A program made the position numbers and the translations under genes. Of a DNA stretch of 64,000 bases, positions 43,740 through 53,884 are shown one piece after another. A model generated the notes under the pieces. That model was not told the origin of the DNA. It saw nothing but the letters and a program-made list of their open reading frames with translations, and made no database searches. The DNA comes from a virus. The stretch spans positions 32,001 through 96,000 of the IMG/VR virus record IMGVR_UViG_3300047560_002412; one strand, 5' to 3'. Every line of letters starts with the position of its first letter. Position 1 is the stretch's first letter.

Positions 43740-44782
43740 CATTCTATCCTGACCCAATAAAAATCTTAGATATAGAACCAAGTTCGTATTGTAATGCTAA
43801 ATGTCCTCATTGTATGAGGGAAAGTCAGAACGGAGATTATAGTTTTTTCAAACAGGTAAACTTACATGAAAGTTTCTTCAATGTATTTTTTCCTACCGAA
43901 GTTGCAGCTCAATTAAAAATTGCATCGTTCAGCGGTAATATTGGTGAGCCTGCAATGAATAAGGATCTATTAAACATACTTCGTTGGTTTCGTAAACAAA
44001 ATCCAAATGTATTCTTAGAAGTTTATACTAATGGTAGCGTTCAGCAACCGCAATGGTGGATAGAACTTGGCAATATTATCGGCAATAATGGTAACGTTAT
44101 ATTTGCTATTGATGGTTTGAAAGATACTAATCATATCTATCGAGTAAACGTTAAATGGAATAAATTGATTCAAAATGTAAAGGCATACATCAGTACAGGA
44201 GCAACAAGCACTTGGCAGTTTATTCCATTTAAACACAATCAGCATCAGGTTGAAGAAGCTGAACAAATGAGTAAAGACCTAGGATTTAGTCATTTTAAAA
44301 TTAAAATTTCTCATAGAGAATTATTAAATCAACCACAAAATCAAATTAATGCTGTTGAGCCTACTGACGATCCAAGATTTGTACACCAAGGACAAAAATT
44401 AGATTTTCTAAACATGAAGAAAACCGAAGATTATCTTGATTCTGTAGATATTAAATGCTACGCAATTGAAGAAAGAAATTTATATATTTCTGCGGAAGGT
44501 TTAGTTTTTCCTTGTTGTCACACAGCAAGTATATTTTTATTAGATGATAATTTACTTCCCGAAGGGTATGATTGGATTAAGAATGCTAAAAAGGATTTTG
44601 ACAAAGACGAAATTAGTCTTTATAAAAACAAATTAGAAAATATCTTATCATCTAATACATTTAATAAAATAAAAGAATCGTGGTCTCTTAAAATGTCTAG
44701 CGGTAGGAATCCACTATGCGCTGCTGTTTGCGGTAAATGTTCTAATAAAGGTAGTCTTATAGAAGGTCTACTGGGCCTTTAA
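43736..44782 (+). CDS. radical SAM enzyme with SPASM/Twitch domain
   Basis: CNAKCPHC; GNIGEP; FPCC; C...CG. Confidence 0.9.
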   Translation: MTFYPDPIKILDIEPSSYCNAKCPHCMRESQNGDYSFFKQVNLHESFFNVFFPTEVAAQLKIASFSGNIGEPAMNKDLLNILRWFRKQNPNVFLEVYTNGSVQQPQWWIELGNIIGNNGNVIFAIDGLKDTNHIYRVNVKWNKLIQNVKAYISTGATSTWQFIPFKHNQHQVEEAEQMSKDLGFSHFKIKISHRELLNQPQNQINAVEPTDDPRFVHQGQKLDFLNMKKTEDYLDSVDIKCYAIEERNLYISAEGLVFPCCHTASIFLLDDNLLPEGYDWIKNAKKDFDKDEISLYKNKLENILSSNTFNKIKESWSLKMSSGRNPLCAAVCGKCSNKGSLIEGLLGL

Positions 44783-45859
44783 TTCAGTTTTACTAATAAA
44801 TTGATCTTGGGGAGTAGAAAATAATTCTGGTTGTACTCCGCAGGTTCTTACACAGGTAATCAATTTATTCTCATTCCAATAGTAATCCCAAACTGATTGA
44901 TATTCTGTCGAATCAATTATATCTTTTAAAGATTTTTTATCAACATTTAAGTTATCAATTCCGCCCAAACTTTCTACAAGTTGTTCGTATTGATGAAACA
45001 TTTCGTTTCTTACTGCTCTTAATTCAGATAATTCATCGGGTGCTTGGTATGGAATCATTGACAACCAGCAACACGGAAAGACATGTCCTTGAGCATTTAT
45101 ATATACTTCTTTCATTTTAACAGCATAACATTTAATTTCTGTTCTCTTTACAATGTCTTTATATTGATCAATTACTTTTTTGTCAATAAATTTAATTTCT
45201 GAGTACTGACTAGGTTCTAGATAATATATAGTTTCTTTATTTTTATTGTAAACAGGAAACTTAGCATCTAATAAAAATCGAGAACTATCTTTCATAGTAA
45301 AATCTTCAAACCCTAATTCATAAGCTCGGTTTTTAGCTTCACTAACTTGATGTTCATTATGTTTAAATCTTATGAATGCCCATTCGGCCCGACCACCTGC
45401 CAAAATAAATGCTCTAGCATTCTCTATAATTTTTTCATAATCGGTACCAATTCTATAAATTGCCTGCGTATCTTCTAATCCGTCTATGGCAAATATTACT
45501 TTATGATTCTTGGGCAACGCAATGGCTAACTTGGCCCACCATGATTTACTACGAAGGCTTCCATTTGTATGGATTCGTAATTCTATTTCTGAGTTCATCT
45601 GTCTTGTATAATCAACCATTTCTAACAAATGATTGTTAAGAAGAGGATCTCCGTAGTTTCCGCAAAAATATATTGCTGAAATTTGAGTTAGAACTTCTTT
45701 ATTGATAATTGACTTGTATCGATCTAGAGTCCAGGATTCGGTTTTGATAAGAGGATTTTCAATTCCTCCGTGAATATTCCGAGTACACATAGGACAACTA
45801 GCCTGGCAGTTATTTGATATTTCTAAATGAAGCTGTCTTAGGTCACTAAACTTAAACAT
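44768..45859 (-). CDS. radical SAM enzyme (paralogue of 43736-44782)
   Basis: CQASCPMC; GNYGDP; FPCC; C...CG. Confidence 0.9.
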   Translation of the reverse strand: MFKFSDLRQLHLEISNNCQASCPMCTRNIHGGIENPLIKTESWTLDRYKSIINKEVLTQISAIYFCGNYGDPLLNNHLLEMVDYTRQMNSEIELRIHTNGSLRSKSWWAKLAIALPKNHKVIFAIDGLEDTQAIYRIGTDYEKIIENARAFILAGGRAEWAFIRFKHNEHQVSEAKNRAYELGFEDFTMKDSSRFLLDAKFPVYNKNKETIYYLEPSQYSEIKFIDKKVIDQYKDIVKRTEIKCYAVKMKEVYINAQGHVFPCCWLSMIPYQAPDELSELRAVRNEMFHQYEQLVESLGGIDNLNVDKKSLKDIIDSTEYQSVWDYYWNENKLITCVRTCGVQPELFSTPQDQFISKTELKAQ

Positions 45860-46461
45860 TATTTTTTACCGATAATCATGAATCTTTTATACAATGGTAA
45901 GTCTAGCTCACCTGCATATAAAATTTTTTCTAATCCACATTGTTGTTTAAATTCATTTAGATCTTTAGCAATGCGTACATGCTCTGGAATGTCGTAGTTA
46001 TTACTTTGTAGAACAAACAAACTATTGTGTGGCATACCACTCAACCACAATTCATATTGATCTTGTGAGATGTGTTCAAAACTTGTATTAATAATAATAT
46101 CAGCATCACTTCTGATACTACACATATCACCGGTCACTGCACGGAACCTACCAGCCTCAAGTTCCATTTGATTCATTAGGTTTGCTATAGGTTCGCAGGT
46201 CGGATCAATGTCAATACTTCTAATGTTATTAACAAACAACTCGCTTTGGAATATAAGACTCGATAATGTTCCTACCCAGCCGCCATGAATGTCTACACTT
46301 GGCCAAGTTTTAAAATTACCGCGTTGTTTAATTAATTCTTTTATAAGCCATTCTTTACTACTCATCTGGCCTTTCCAGAAAGCATCTAAGGTTCGCATGG
46401 GGTCTTTGCTTTCACGGATGGCACACATCCAATAGTGTAAATGTTCTAGGTCTATTTGCAT
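45859..46461 (-). CDS. class I SAM-dependent methyltransferase-like
   Basis: HGGWVG, SIDID, INTSFEH, LQSNNY. Confidence 0.75.
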   Translation of the reverse strand: MQIDLEHLHYWMCAIRESKDPMRTLDAFWKGQMSSKEWLIKELIKQRGNFKTWPSVDIHGGWVGTLSSLIFQSELFVNNIRSIDIDPTCEPIANLMNQMELEAGRFRAVTGDMCSIRSDADIIINTSFEHISQDQYELWLSGMPHNSLFVLQSNNYDIPEHVRIAKDLNEFKQQCGLEKILYAGELDLPLYKRFMIIGKK

Positions 46462-47432
46462 TTTGGTATCTTTGAATCTGCCGAGCTTACGCAGGCCGGA
46501 GTAATACAACGACGTGGTTCTTTAAATAATTTAAAATTGTTTAATGTTCCTAGTGGTTCATCGTGACAACTATAAGATCTTTTAACTTCATCACTACGAA
46601 TTATAACACTTTGATAGCCGCTATTACAAGACCATCCTTCAAACTTATTAAATCCAAAGGCATTAAACCGTTCTGCCTGGTCAAATAAGTATTCTTTTCC
46701 TTCAGAATCATACAATGCTATTTGATAGACATCAGCATTTCCTGATTTTTGTGGGAATCCTGTTTGCATTAAATGAATCATTTCTTCTGTATATCCATCA
46801 ACTACAAAACTTGCAGTTGGATCGCTCTGTGGTTTTAGAGTAACGTTAATTCCCCTCGAATGTAGTCTTTCACACCTTTCATATAATTCAAAAAAGTTTT
46901 CAGGAACCATAACTTGATTGACGGTAACATGAACTAATTCATACATGAGCTGTAGACATTTGTCACTAAACTCCTGTTCTTTAGCAAATTCTGAATGATA
47001 ACTTGCTGTTATACTTCGCCGTTGAAGCATTTCGGTATTTGAACACCAAGTCTTCCACCATTTACTACCGGGACTTAAATTGGTAGTCATGTGTATGCTT
47101 TGGTAAGGTGTTTGGGGACCGTCATCAATATGTTTAACTAGGTCTAATAATTGTTTATAGGCAGTAGGTTCCCCTCCGCTAAAAGACCAATGAAACTTAT
47201 TAAAACCATTTTCCCTAGCTTGATTTTTAATTTCGTCTATGGCTTTGGTATAAACGGAAAACTCTTGATAATCTTGCTTATCCGATCTAGCATATGGCCA
47301 GCAGTAACTACATTTGTAATTACAAAATCGTCCTAAGATCCAACTAACAGAAAACAAATTGTCAGACAACATAGTTCGTTGTCCAAATCTTGTTATATTT
47401 TGAAATGGTATTTCTTGAAAATTGATATTCAT
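46452..47432 (-). CDS. radical SAM enzyme
   Basis: CNYKCSYC; FSGGEP; GW.C.SG; C...ACVSSAD. Confidence 0.9.
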   Translation of the reverse strand: MNINFQEIPFQNITRFGQRTMLSDNLFSVSWILGRFCNYKCSYCWPYARSDKQDYQEFSVYTKAIDEIKNQARENGFNKFHWSFSGGEPTAYKQLLDLVKHIDDGPQTPYQSIHMTTNLSPGSKWWKTWCSNTEMLQRRSITASYHSEFAKEQEFSDKCLQLMYELVHVTVNQVMVPENFFELYERCERLHSRGINVTLKPQSDPTASFVVDGYTEEMIHLMQTGFPQKSGNADVYQIALYDSEGKEYLFDQAERFNAFGFNKFEGWSCNSGYQSVIIRSDEVKRSYSCHDEPLGTLNNFKLFKEPRRCITPACVSSADSKIPKCK

Positions 47433-47495
47433 AAACTGAACATATTTAAGCCACAATCAGTTGTTCTAGAGGGATTGCGAGTATATAATAAGTAT

Positions 47496-47609
47496 GTGGT
47501 CGTGAGTGGAATATGGCAGACCTCCCGCCAAACCTATAGTTTGGAAAGGGGCCGGAACGATGGGCATAGCCCGCAGTTCTTGTAGGTTCGAAACCTACCG
47601 ACCACACCA
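47496..47609 (+). ncRNA. 114-nt tRNA-Leu-like RNA with elongated anticodon and variable arms
   Basis: Acceptor GTGGTCG/CGACCAC, A73, CCA, T-arm GTAGG-TTCGAAA-CCTAC, Leu-type D-loop; promoter TTGTTC-17-TATAAT at 47461-47489. Confidence 0.75.
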
Positions 47610-47632
47610 ATTATCATAAGGAAAAATATAAT

Positions 47633-47827
47633 ATGTCAAATACCGTAGAACAATTAAAATCAGCTTTCGAAACATTCCTAGCAGAAGATGCAAAGTTTAC
47701 ATCGGGTAATGGGGCAGCAGGTACAAGAGCACGTAAAGCTCTACAAGAAGTTGCTAAGTTAGTTAAAGCTCGTCGCAGTGAGATCACCGATGAGAAAAAT
47801 GCTCGCAAAGAAGCAAAAGGAAAATAA
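47633..47827 (+). CDS. histone H1-like (Hc1-family) small basic protein
   Basis: KF..GN.AAGTRARKAL.E..KL.K..R.EI. Confidence 0.8.
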   Translation: MSNTVEQLKSAFETFLAEDAKFTSGNGAAGTRARKALQEVAKLVKARRSEITDEKNARKEAKGK

Positions 47828-47828
47828 A

Positions 47829-48365
47829 ATGTTAACCAATGAACAACTTGAAGCAATTAAATCAGATGAAATAGCAAGTATTTCTGATGATGTTGTTTTA
47901 GGCATTGGTGCTGTCGGAGCCGCTCAATCGATGACCGATTTATCTTATAGCGGCATCGACACTATAACGATTTCTTCTCTAGATTCGTTAACGACAACCC
48001 CAATTACCACGATAACTCTACCAAGTACAACCTCTGGAACATCTTACACTACTTCTACTGGTTCATGGACGTCATCTCCTTGTTATACAATTAATACCGG
48101 ATCAACGTGCTATGGAACTTTAAACGTATCTCCTCCTAGAGTTAACTTTGACGGTAACGGTATTCAACTAGATAAAGAAGCTGATATTAAACTTGGTGAC
48201 ATTAGTTTAAAAGAGTTTCTTAAAAAAATGGAAGAAAGGTTATCAATACTTGTACCTGATCCAAAAAAACTTGAAAAATTTCAAGCCCTTCAAAAGGCCT
48301 ATGAACATTATAAAACATTAGAAAGTTTATGTTTTAATGAACCAGAGGAAGAAGAACAAAAGTGA
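47829..48365 (+). CDS. hypothetical phage protein with Thr/Ser-rich segment
   Basis: ADIK.G..SL...L..MEERL.IL.PD. Confidence 0.7.
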   Translation: MLTNEQLEAIKSDEIASISDDVVLGIGAVGAAQSMTDLSYSGIDTITISSLDSLTTTPITTITLPSTTSGTSYTTSTGSWTSSPCYTINTGSTCYGTLNVSPPRVNFDGNGIQLDKEADIKLGDISLKEFLKKMEERLSILVPDPKKLEKFQALQKAYEHYKTLESLCFNEPEEEEQK

Positions 48366-48901
48366 TAAAGGTATTAGATGATGTTATTCCAGAACATCTT
48401 CAAGACTATTACGAGTTGAGCATTTTAGGTATTAGTGGGGACAAAATGATGCACCCTATTATAGATCTAAAATGTAAATATGAACTCACAGCACGAGAGG
48501 AATCTATAACTCCGTTAAGTTTTGTTCATGTTCTTAAATCATCTAATACATTATCTTCTCACTTACCAAATTTTGGTTTGATCCCTCAATTAGTATTTGC
48601 AAAAGAAAATATTCAATTTAAAGATATATTAGTTGGCAGAATTTTTGTATTAATGCCATATAATACTGATAAAGAATATTATGATGCACATGTTGACCTT
48701 CCTTATCCTCATTTAGTTGTATTGTATTATGTTAATGACAGCGATGGTGACACCGTATTCTTTGACGATCATGACAATATTATTAAACGAGTAACACCAA
48801 AAAAAGGAAGAGTTGTTTTATTTGACGGCACACTTCGACACGGAGGAGGAATTCCTAAACATGGTCCTCGATGTGCTGTTAATTTTGATTTAGCGATTTA
48901 A
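48362..48901 (+). CDS. 2OG-Fe(II) oxygenase
   Basis: HVD, LYYVNDSDGDT, PKKGR..LFDG...H, R...N. Confidence 0.85.
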   Translation: MIKVLDDVIPEHLQDYYELSILGISGDKMMHPIIDLKCKYELTAREESITPLSFVHVLKSSNTLSSHLPNFGLIPQLVFAKENIQFKDILVGRIFVLMPYNTDKEYYDAHVDLPYPHLVVLYYVNDSDGDTVFFDDHDNIIKRVTPKKGRVVLFDGTLRHGGGIPKHGPRCAVNFDLAI

Positions 48902-48912
48902 AGGAAATATAA

Positions 48913-49584
48913 ATGGATGTCAAGCTCGTCTCCTATTCACAACCAACAACCGATTTTGCCGACGCAGGAATTACAGATGCGCAAGAGCTCATCGCCTACT
49001 GCGCCCGAGTCTCAAACCCGAGTAACCAGCTCAACACTGACACAAGCGAAAAACTTATCAAGTATCTCGTTAAACACGCACACTGGAGTCCTCTCGAAAT
49101 GGTTTCAGCTTGCATGGAAATTACGACAACACGAGATATTGCAAGGCAAATCTTACGACACAGAAGTTTTAGTTTCCAGGAGTTCAGCCAACGTTACGCT
49201 GACCCAACAAAGGATCTCAACTTTGTACTTAGAGAAGCACGACTCCAAGACACCACAAATCGACAAAATAGTATAGAAACCGATGACAAACGTTTGCAAC
49301 GAGAGTGGGAGATTCGACAAAATAATGTCATTACAGAAGCAAGATTAGCATATCAATGGGCTATTGACAACGGTATTGCCAAGGAACAAGCTCGTGCTGT
49401 ATTGCCTGAGGGCTTGATTGAAAGCCGTTTGTACATGAATGGAACGTTACGTTCGTGGATTCATTTTATAGAACTGCGTTCAGGCAATGGTACACAAAAA
49501 GAACATCAGGAAGTTGCGTTGGCTTGTGCAAAAGCTATTGCTGCTATCTTCCCAATGAGCGAGAGTTTGGTTCAAAATGTCTAA
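48913..49584 (+). CDS. thyX: flavin-dependent thymidylate synthase
   Basis: HWSPLE, RQILRHRSFSFQEFSQRY, EQARAVLP, LRS....Q.EH. Confidence 0.95.
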   Translation: MDVKLVSYSQPTTDFADAGITDAQELIAYCARVSNPSNQLNTDTSEKLIKYLVKHAHWSPLEMVSACMEITTTRDIARQILRHRSFSFQEFSQRYADPTKDLNFVLREARLQDTTNRQNSIETDDKRLQREWEIRQNNVITEARLAYQWAIDNGIAKEQARAVLPEGLIESRLYMNGTLRSWIHFIELRSGNGTQKEHQEVALACAKAIAAIFPMSESLVQNV

Positions 49585-49960
49585 AGAATTAGATAAATTC
49601 TGCGAGAACTACGAAGTTCGTGTTCTCAATGATCAAAAGAGGAGGGTAAGATACCGTCCTCCTCAGTTCTTTACAGACCCTACACGGGCTGATATCATTA
49701 GAAACGATTTTATAGAACACGAGTCTGAACGTGTGTTTACCGTTGAGATCCCAGAAGGTAGGCTACGTGCTTTGGTAGAATTGGAAAATCGTTTCTTCAA
49801 ATGGCACCATCACACACAAAGTGAAGTTGATATCTTCCAAATGCTGATGGAAAAGGAACGTGAAGAATCTTTTATGCGACAGACTAACCCTGCTGTTCAA
49901 AAAGCCTACGAGCAATATAGCATTATGTTAAATCTAGCAGGTTATCAGAGAAAAATATGA
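49577..49960 (+). CDS. hypothetical phage protein
   Basis: C-terminal NPAVQKAYEQY..ML.L. Confidence 0.7.
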   Translation: MSKELDKFCENYEVRVLNDQKRRVRYRPPQFFTDPTRADIIRNDFIEHESERVFTVEIPEGRLRALVELENRFFKWHHHTQSEVDIFQMLMEKEREESFMRQTNPAVQKAYEQYSIMLNLAGYQRKI

Positions 49961-50142
49961 CGGAAACACGTAAACGTACATTGGCAAGGGCTGTGTCTTA
50001 TAGAATTATTGCAACTATAATTACAGCATTTTGGACAGGTATTAGTGCGGCGATTGCCATTCATATTATCTTAACTGGTGTCCATTATGTAATGGAAAGA
50101 ATTTGGTTAAAGATAAAATGGGGTAAAATCGAATCATCTTGA
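49957..50142 (+). CDS. DUF2061-like membrane protein
   Basis: ET..RTL.RA.SYR...ERIW..IKWG. Confidence 0.75.
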   Translation: MTETRKRTLARAVSYRIIATIITAFWTGISAAIAIHIILTGVHYVMERIWLKIKWGKIESS

Positions 50143-50167
50143 CAGGTTTTTTAATTTCTTGTATAAT
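50139..50167 (+). promoter_or_regulatory. sigma70 promoter
   Basis: TTGACA-17-TATAAT. Confidence 0.8.
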
Positions 50168-50204
50168 TAAAGTGTTCGACTATTAAGTCTTGAGAGATTA
50201 TATT

Positions 50205-51020
50205 ATGAGAAACTATTGGACCTGTTCAAAATTCGCCGACTGGCTAAGAGGTTCTGCTAAACCAAACGCAGAAACTTCTAAAGGCTGGGCGCAGTGGAAA
50301 CGTGCTTCGAAAGAAAAGCATCCTTTCCGTTATTGGCTAGCGGAAGAAGGTCTTGATTACATCCAGGATGTTTGGATGTGGATACCTGATAGGATCAACG
50401 ATGTTCGATATTATATTAACAATCGCTTTATTACTCGTACTCATTGTCTTTCTGCTCACCCTCGCGATATCAAGCGTGGCACTTGGTGCGATGTTGGGAA
50501 TCGATTCCTGCCATGTCTTTTTAACGAACTTGTTGAATTCGTTGAAATCGAACTAGCATGGAACTACTGCGTTTGGGATGATGAAGCTCGTAAAAAATAC
50601 AAGTATCCTTGGTGGCGTCGTTGGTACCGTAATTGGCGTTCAGAAGAAGCTGCTATGGCCTATATCGCTTGGGCCAAAACGTTGACCAATGCAGATTTTT
50701 TGGACGAAGATAAAAAGCACGAAGCAGTTCCTACACATCAAGCAGAAGCTGCTAAAGAAATGGAAATACTCTACAAGTGGTGGAAGTACGAACGCCCTGC
50801 TCGTCCTGATCCCTACGATGTTAGTGGCTGGCACGATATCTGTGAACGTCGTCGTGTGAAATATCCAGACGAGATTCTTCCAGAAGACGAAACAAAGAAA
50901 GAAAAAGCAGAATCTAAAAAATCTCTTGACATGTTACACAAATTAGAGTTACAATATGAACAAGAGGACGAGGCAATGATGATTCGTTTAATTAAAATTC
51001 GTCAATCACTTTGGACATAA
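50205..51020 (+). CDS. conserved Trp-rich phage protein
   Basis: LY.WW...RP.R.DP; RLIKIR..LWT. Confidence 0.75.
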   Translation: MRNYWTCSKFADWLRGSAKPNAETSKGWAQWKRASKEKHPFRYWLAEEGLDYIQDVWMWIPDRINDVRYYINNRFITRTHCLSAHPRDIKRGTWCDVGNRFLPCLFNELVEFVEIELAWNYCVWDDEARKKYKYPWWRRWYRNWRSEEAAMAYIAWAKTLTNADFLDEDKKHEAVPTHQAEAAKEMEILYKWWKYERPARPDPYDVSGWHDICERRRVKYPDEILPEDETKKEKAESKKSLDMLHKLELQYEQEDEAMMIRLIKIRQSLWT

Positions 51021-51021
51021 T

Positions 51022-51183
51022 ATGAAAACTTCTGCGTTTAGAACCTGGGTTCGAGATTTGTGGTATGCAAATTGCGAAGAACATTTTGAAGTAAACGAAC
51101 CTAAATATACGCATGAAGAATATTTTCAGAAATTCAAATGGTGGTTAAAACGAGAATACCGTCATCAAACAAGGAAAACATGA
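51022..51183 (+). CDS. small phage protein
   Basis: MKTSAFRTWVRDLW..NCEEH...KWWLKREY. Confidence 0.6.
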   Translation: MKTSAFRTWVRDLWYANCEEHFEVNEPKYTHEEYFQKFKWWLKREYRHQTRKT

Positions 51184-51401
51184 CAAGAAAATCTAAGCAC
51201 GAAGAGCTTTACAGCAAATATATGGCATTTAACAATATTATGTTAGAAGATTATAAGCCGGCAGAGATTGCTGCCATTATGGCTGTACAGGCTTTTAGTT
51301 TTTATAAAACAATCATGGACGAAGACGATTATCTTAAAATCATCGATACCATATACGAAAATAGACATAACGTCAAAACATTCGATCAAGGAACACTTTA
51401 A
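51180..51401 (+). CDS. hypothetical protein
   Basis: AAGGA RBS, ATGA overlap. Confidence 0.65.
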   Translation: MTRKSKHEELYSKYMAFNNIMLEDYKPAEIAAIMAVQAFSFYKTIMDEDDYLKIIDTIYENRHNVKTFDQGTL

Positions 51402-51874
51402 TGAAATCACAAACACCTGCTGAAGGAATTATGCTTACCCACGAATGGGGTAATAGCAAGATGTATAAAATTGTTTGCGGATGCGGTCAACCAAATCACG
51501 AACACGATCTTGATATTGAAGCAGATGAAACAGGTGTTAATGTAAATGTCTATACAACTATCAAAACAAATTATTGGGACGAAACCGTAAAAAATCGATA
51601 CGATATTGATAATGTTTGGTTGCAAGAGTTTGATTGGGCATGGAAAAGTCTGGTTAATGGGATTGTTCGAAAAGTAAAATTAACTTGGGAATTGTGGTCT
51701 ACTGGTGCAGTGACCGCACAAACTACTATTGCTATGACTGAGCAACAGGCTTTTAATTATGCAGAAACTTTAAAATCTGCTGTTAAAGATGTTAAAGATT
51801 TTCGTAATCAACAACAAGCAAAAAAAGAAAACACAGCAACAATTAAACAGGCAAACGAAGGGGATTGTGTATAA
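51401..51874 (+). CDS. hypothetical phage protein
   Basis: CGCG...H motif. Confidence 0.7.
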   Translation: MKSQTPAEGIMLTHEWGNSKMYKIVCGCGQPNHEHDLDIEADETGVNVNVYTTIKTNYWDETVKNRYDIDNVWLQEFDWAWKSLVNGIVRKVKLTWELWSTGAVTAQTTIAMTEQQAFNYAETLKSAVKDVKDFRNQQQAKKENTATIKQANEGDCV

Positions 51875-52797
51875 TGGCTACTAAAAAACAAAAAGAAGAA
51901 TTAATCGAGATTCTTAAATTTACTCCCCGCACATATAGACTTGAACTAGGTGCATATGGTGGGGAATGCTATTTTGGAAAAGTAGATCGTAAAATTTATG
52001 ATTTCTTTAAAGAACATAAAATTGATCTAGACGAATATGCCAGTGACTGGGATGACGAGAAGTGGACTTTTGTCCCAGACGATCTTCGACCGTTTCCTCC
52101 CGGTGCACCGTATGATGGTCATAACTCTATTCAATGTAGTGGCGCTACATTAGACAATGGCAATTACTTAACTATCTACGACGAAAACAATGACGAAGTG
52201 TTTCAATGCACACTTGATCCGGAAGATCTAGACAATCATGGTATTGAAGTAAACTGCTGGGAAGAAGAATATATTGATGACTATGACGAAGGTACGATTG
52301 TCTTTTGGGGTGGTCAAGGTGAAAAGGGTCTATTGTTTGGAGCGGAAATTGAACTTAAACAACCATTTGATCCTAAAAAAATAAAACTTAATTATAGCAA
52401 TGCCGACGGATGGTGTATTGTTAACGGTGTTGAATATAATGAAGAAGAATTAGATAATAATGATTATTCTACCACAGGCAAATGGGGAGAAAACAAATGG
52501 ATCATTGTTGGCGATACAGAAGAAGTCTACGAAGGTGTTAGCCGCGAGGATGTTGATCCCGATGAAGAAGAACAAGAAACTACCGAATGGCCTGTAGCTG
52601 AAGAACCTGCAAAAACAGATTGGTTTGACAAAGATGTTAAGCCAGAATATAAAGGCGAATACGAAGTTTGTATAGATGCTCCGTGGCCGTTAGGCGGCCC
52701 GGGGATGGCAGAATGGACTGGAAGAACTTGGAAACAAGACGATAAAAAAGTTAAAATTACTCAATGGCGCGGACTAACAGAAAACCCTGAGGCATAA
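51874..52797 (+). CDS. acidic hypothetical phage protein
   Basis: GAYGGE, EKG, C-terminal T.WF...KP...G.Y...WRGL module. Confidence 0.75.
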   Translation: MATKKQKEELIEILKFTPRTYRLELGAYGGECYFGKVDRKIYDFFKEHKIDLDEYASDWDDEKWTFVPDDLRPFPPGAPYDGHNSIQCSGATLDNGNYLTIYDENNDEVFQCTLDPEDLDNHGIEVNCWEEEYIDDYDEGTIVFWGGQGEKGLLFGAEIELKQPFDPKKIKLNYSNADGWCIVNGVEYNEEELDNNDYSTTGKWGENKWIIVGDTEEVYEGVSREDVDPDEEEQETTEWPVAEEPAKTDWFDKDVKPEYKGEYEVCIDAPWPLGGPGMAEWTGRTWKQDDKKVKITQWRGLTENPEA

Positions 52798-52798
52798 T

Positions 52799-53329
52799 AT
52801 GGCACATTATACTATTACTCCACTTGAAAAGAAAAGTATCTATATTGTTTATGAAATGTATCGTGAAAACGATGATGGCTCTATCAGTTGGTTTAATGTA
52901 GAAGACCACTATCGTTGGGGCAAAGGATTTATTGCTGAAGATATGGAATGTAATCTATCAGCTGCTGATAGTCCTACCCAATATTGCAAAGCAGACGATG
53001 GTGAATATGATGGATGTGATCTTGAAGATCAGGTTGCCTGCTGGTTTGAATTTAGCGACGATATCACTGAAGAAGAACAAGAAGAAATTAAAAAGAATTA
53101 TTTAGAAGGTAACGATGACGGCATGTGTGGGGCAGGCTGGTTATTTGATGCTGAACATAACTGGCAAGAAGAAGATACATATGTTGTTGTGTTAGGCCCG
53201 TATAAGGTAGAATTTTGTGAACCAGATGGAACCGTTATTCGTGAAGTAAAATTGCGTACTCAAGAAGAATGTAATAAACTTTATGAAGAAACTGGACAAT
53301 ATGTATCAAAAGATATTGAATTAAAATGA
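52799..53329 (+). CDS. acidic hypothetical phage protein
   Basis: 176-aa ORF in operon. Confidence 0.7.
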   Translation: MAHYTITPLEKKSIYIVYEMYRENDDGSISWFNVEDHYRWGKGFIAEDMECNLSAADSPTQYCKADDGEYDGCDLEDQVACWFEFSDDITEEEQEEIKKNYLEGNDDGMCGAGWLFDAEHNWQEEDTYVVVLGPYKVEFCEPDGTVIREVKLRTQEECNKLYEETGQYVSKDIELK

Positions 53330-53883
53330 AACAAGTTTCAAAAAGCCCTGAACGCATGACTTTTCAAAAAGAAGGATATGTAAAACGTCAGATCGAAAAG
53401 GGAGAACCCATCAATGAGAATTATTTGAAAATGTTTGAGAATCACCTCAATGAACACGATCAAAGGTTTGACGATCCCGAAAGATGTGTTAATGATATGG
53501 AATACGATCTCTTAACTGCTGATTGGATTTTATCTAAAGTAAGATCTAGTGACACTTATGCTCAAAATTTATATGCGGCAATGTGTAACAACGGTTTCAT
53601 TAAATTGGAAGTTATTCCTGTATTAAAACAAGAAGAATGGGGTTGCTCTTGGCGTTATGCCGGAGGTATTATTGCAGATATGCAACAAAAAGGTGATTAT
53701 ATCGATTGGTACTGCTCTGGTATTCGAGGCGGCCTATCATATGACGACGATATCCAAAATGGATATTTTCCTGAAGGATTTATTACCGACGAGATCCGGA
53801 ATGATCTTCAACGTCTTGGCTGGGCAGTAGCGCCTGGTGGAGATTGGGAAAATTTTAACACCAAAGGAGAAAAGGTAAAATAA
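53326..53883 (+). CDS. conserved phage protein
   Basis: YAQNLYAAMCNN; SWRYAGGIIAD; GDYIDWYCSG. Confidence 0.78.
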   Translation: MKQVSKSPERMTFQKEGYVKRQIEKGEPINENYLKMFENHLNEHDQRFDDPERCVNDMEYDLLTADWILSKVRSSDTYAQNLYAAMCNNGFIKLEVIPVLKQEEWGCSWRYAGGIIADMQQKGDYIDWYCSGIRGGLSYDDDIQNGYFPEGFITDEIRNDLQRLGWAVAPGGDWENFNTKGEKVK

Positions 53884-53884
53884 A

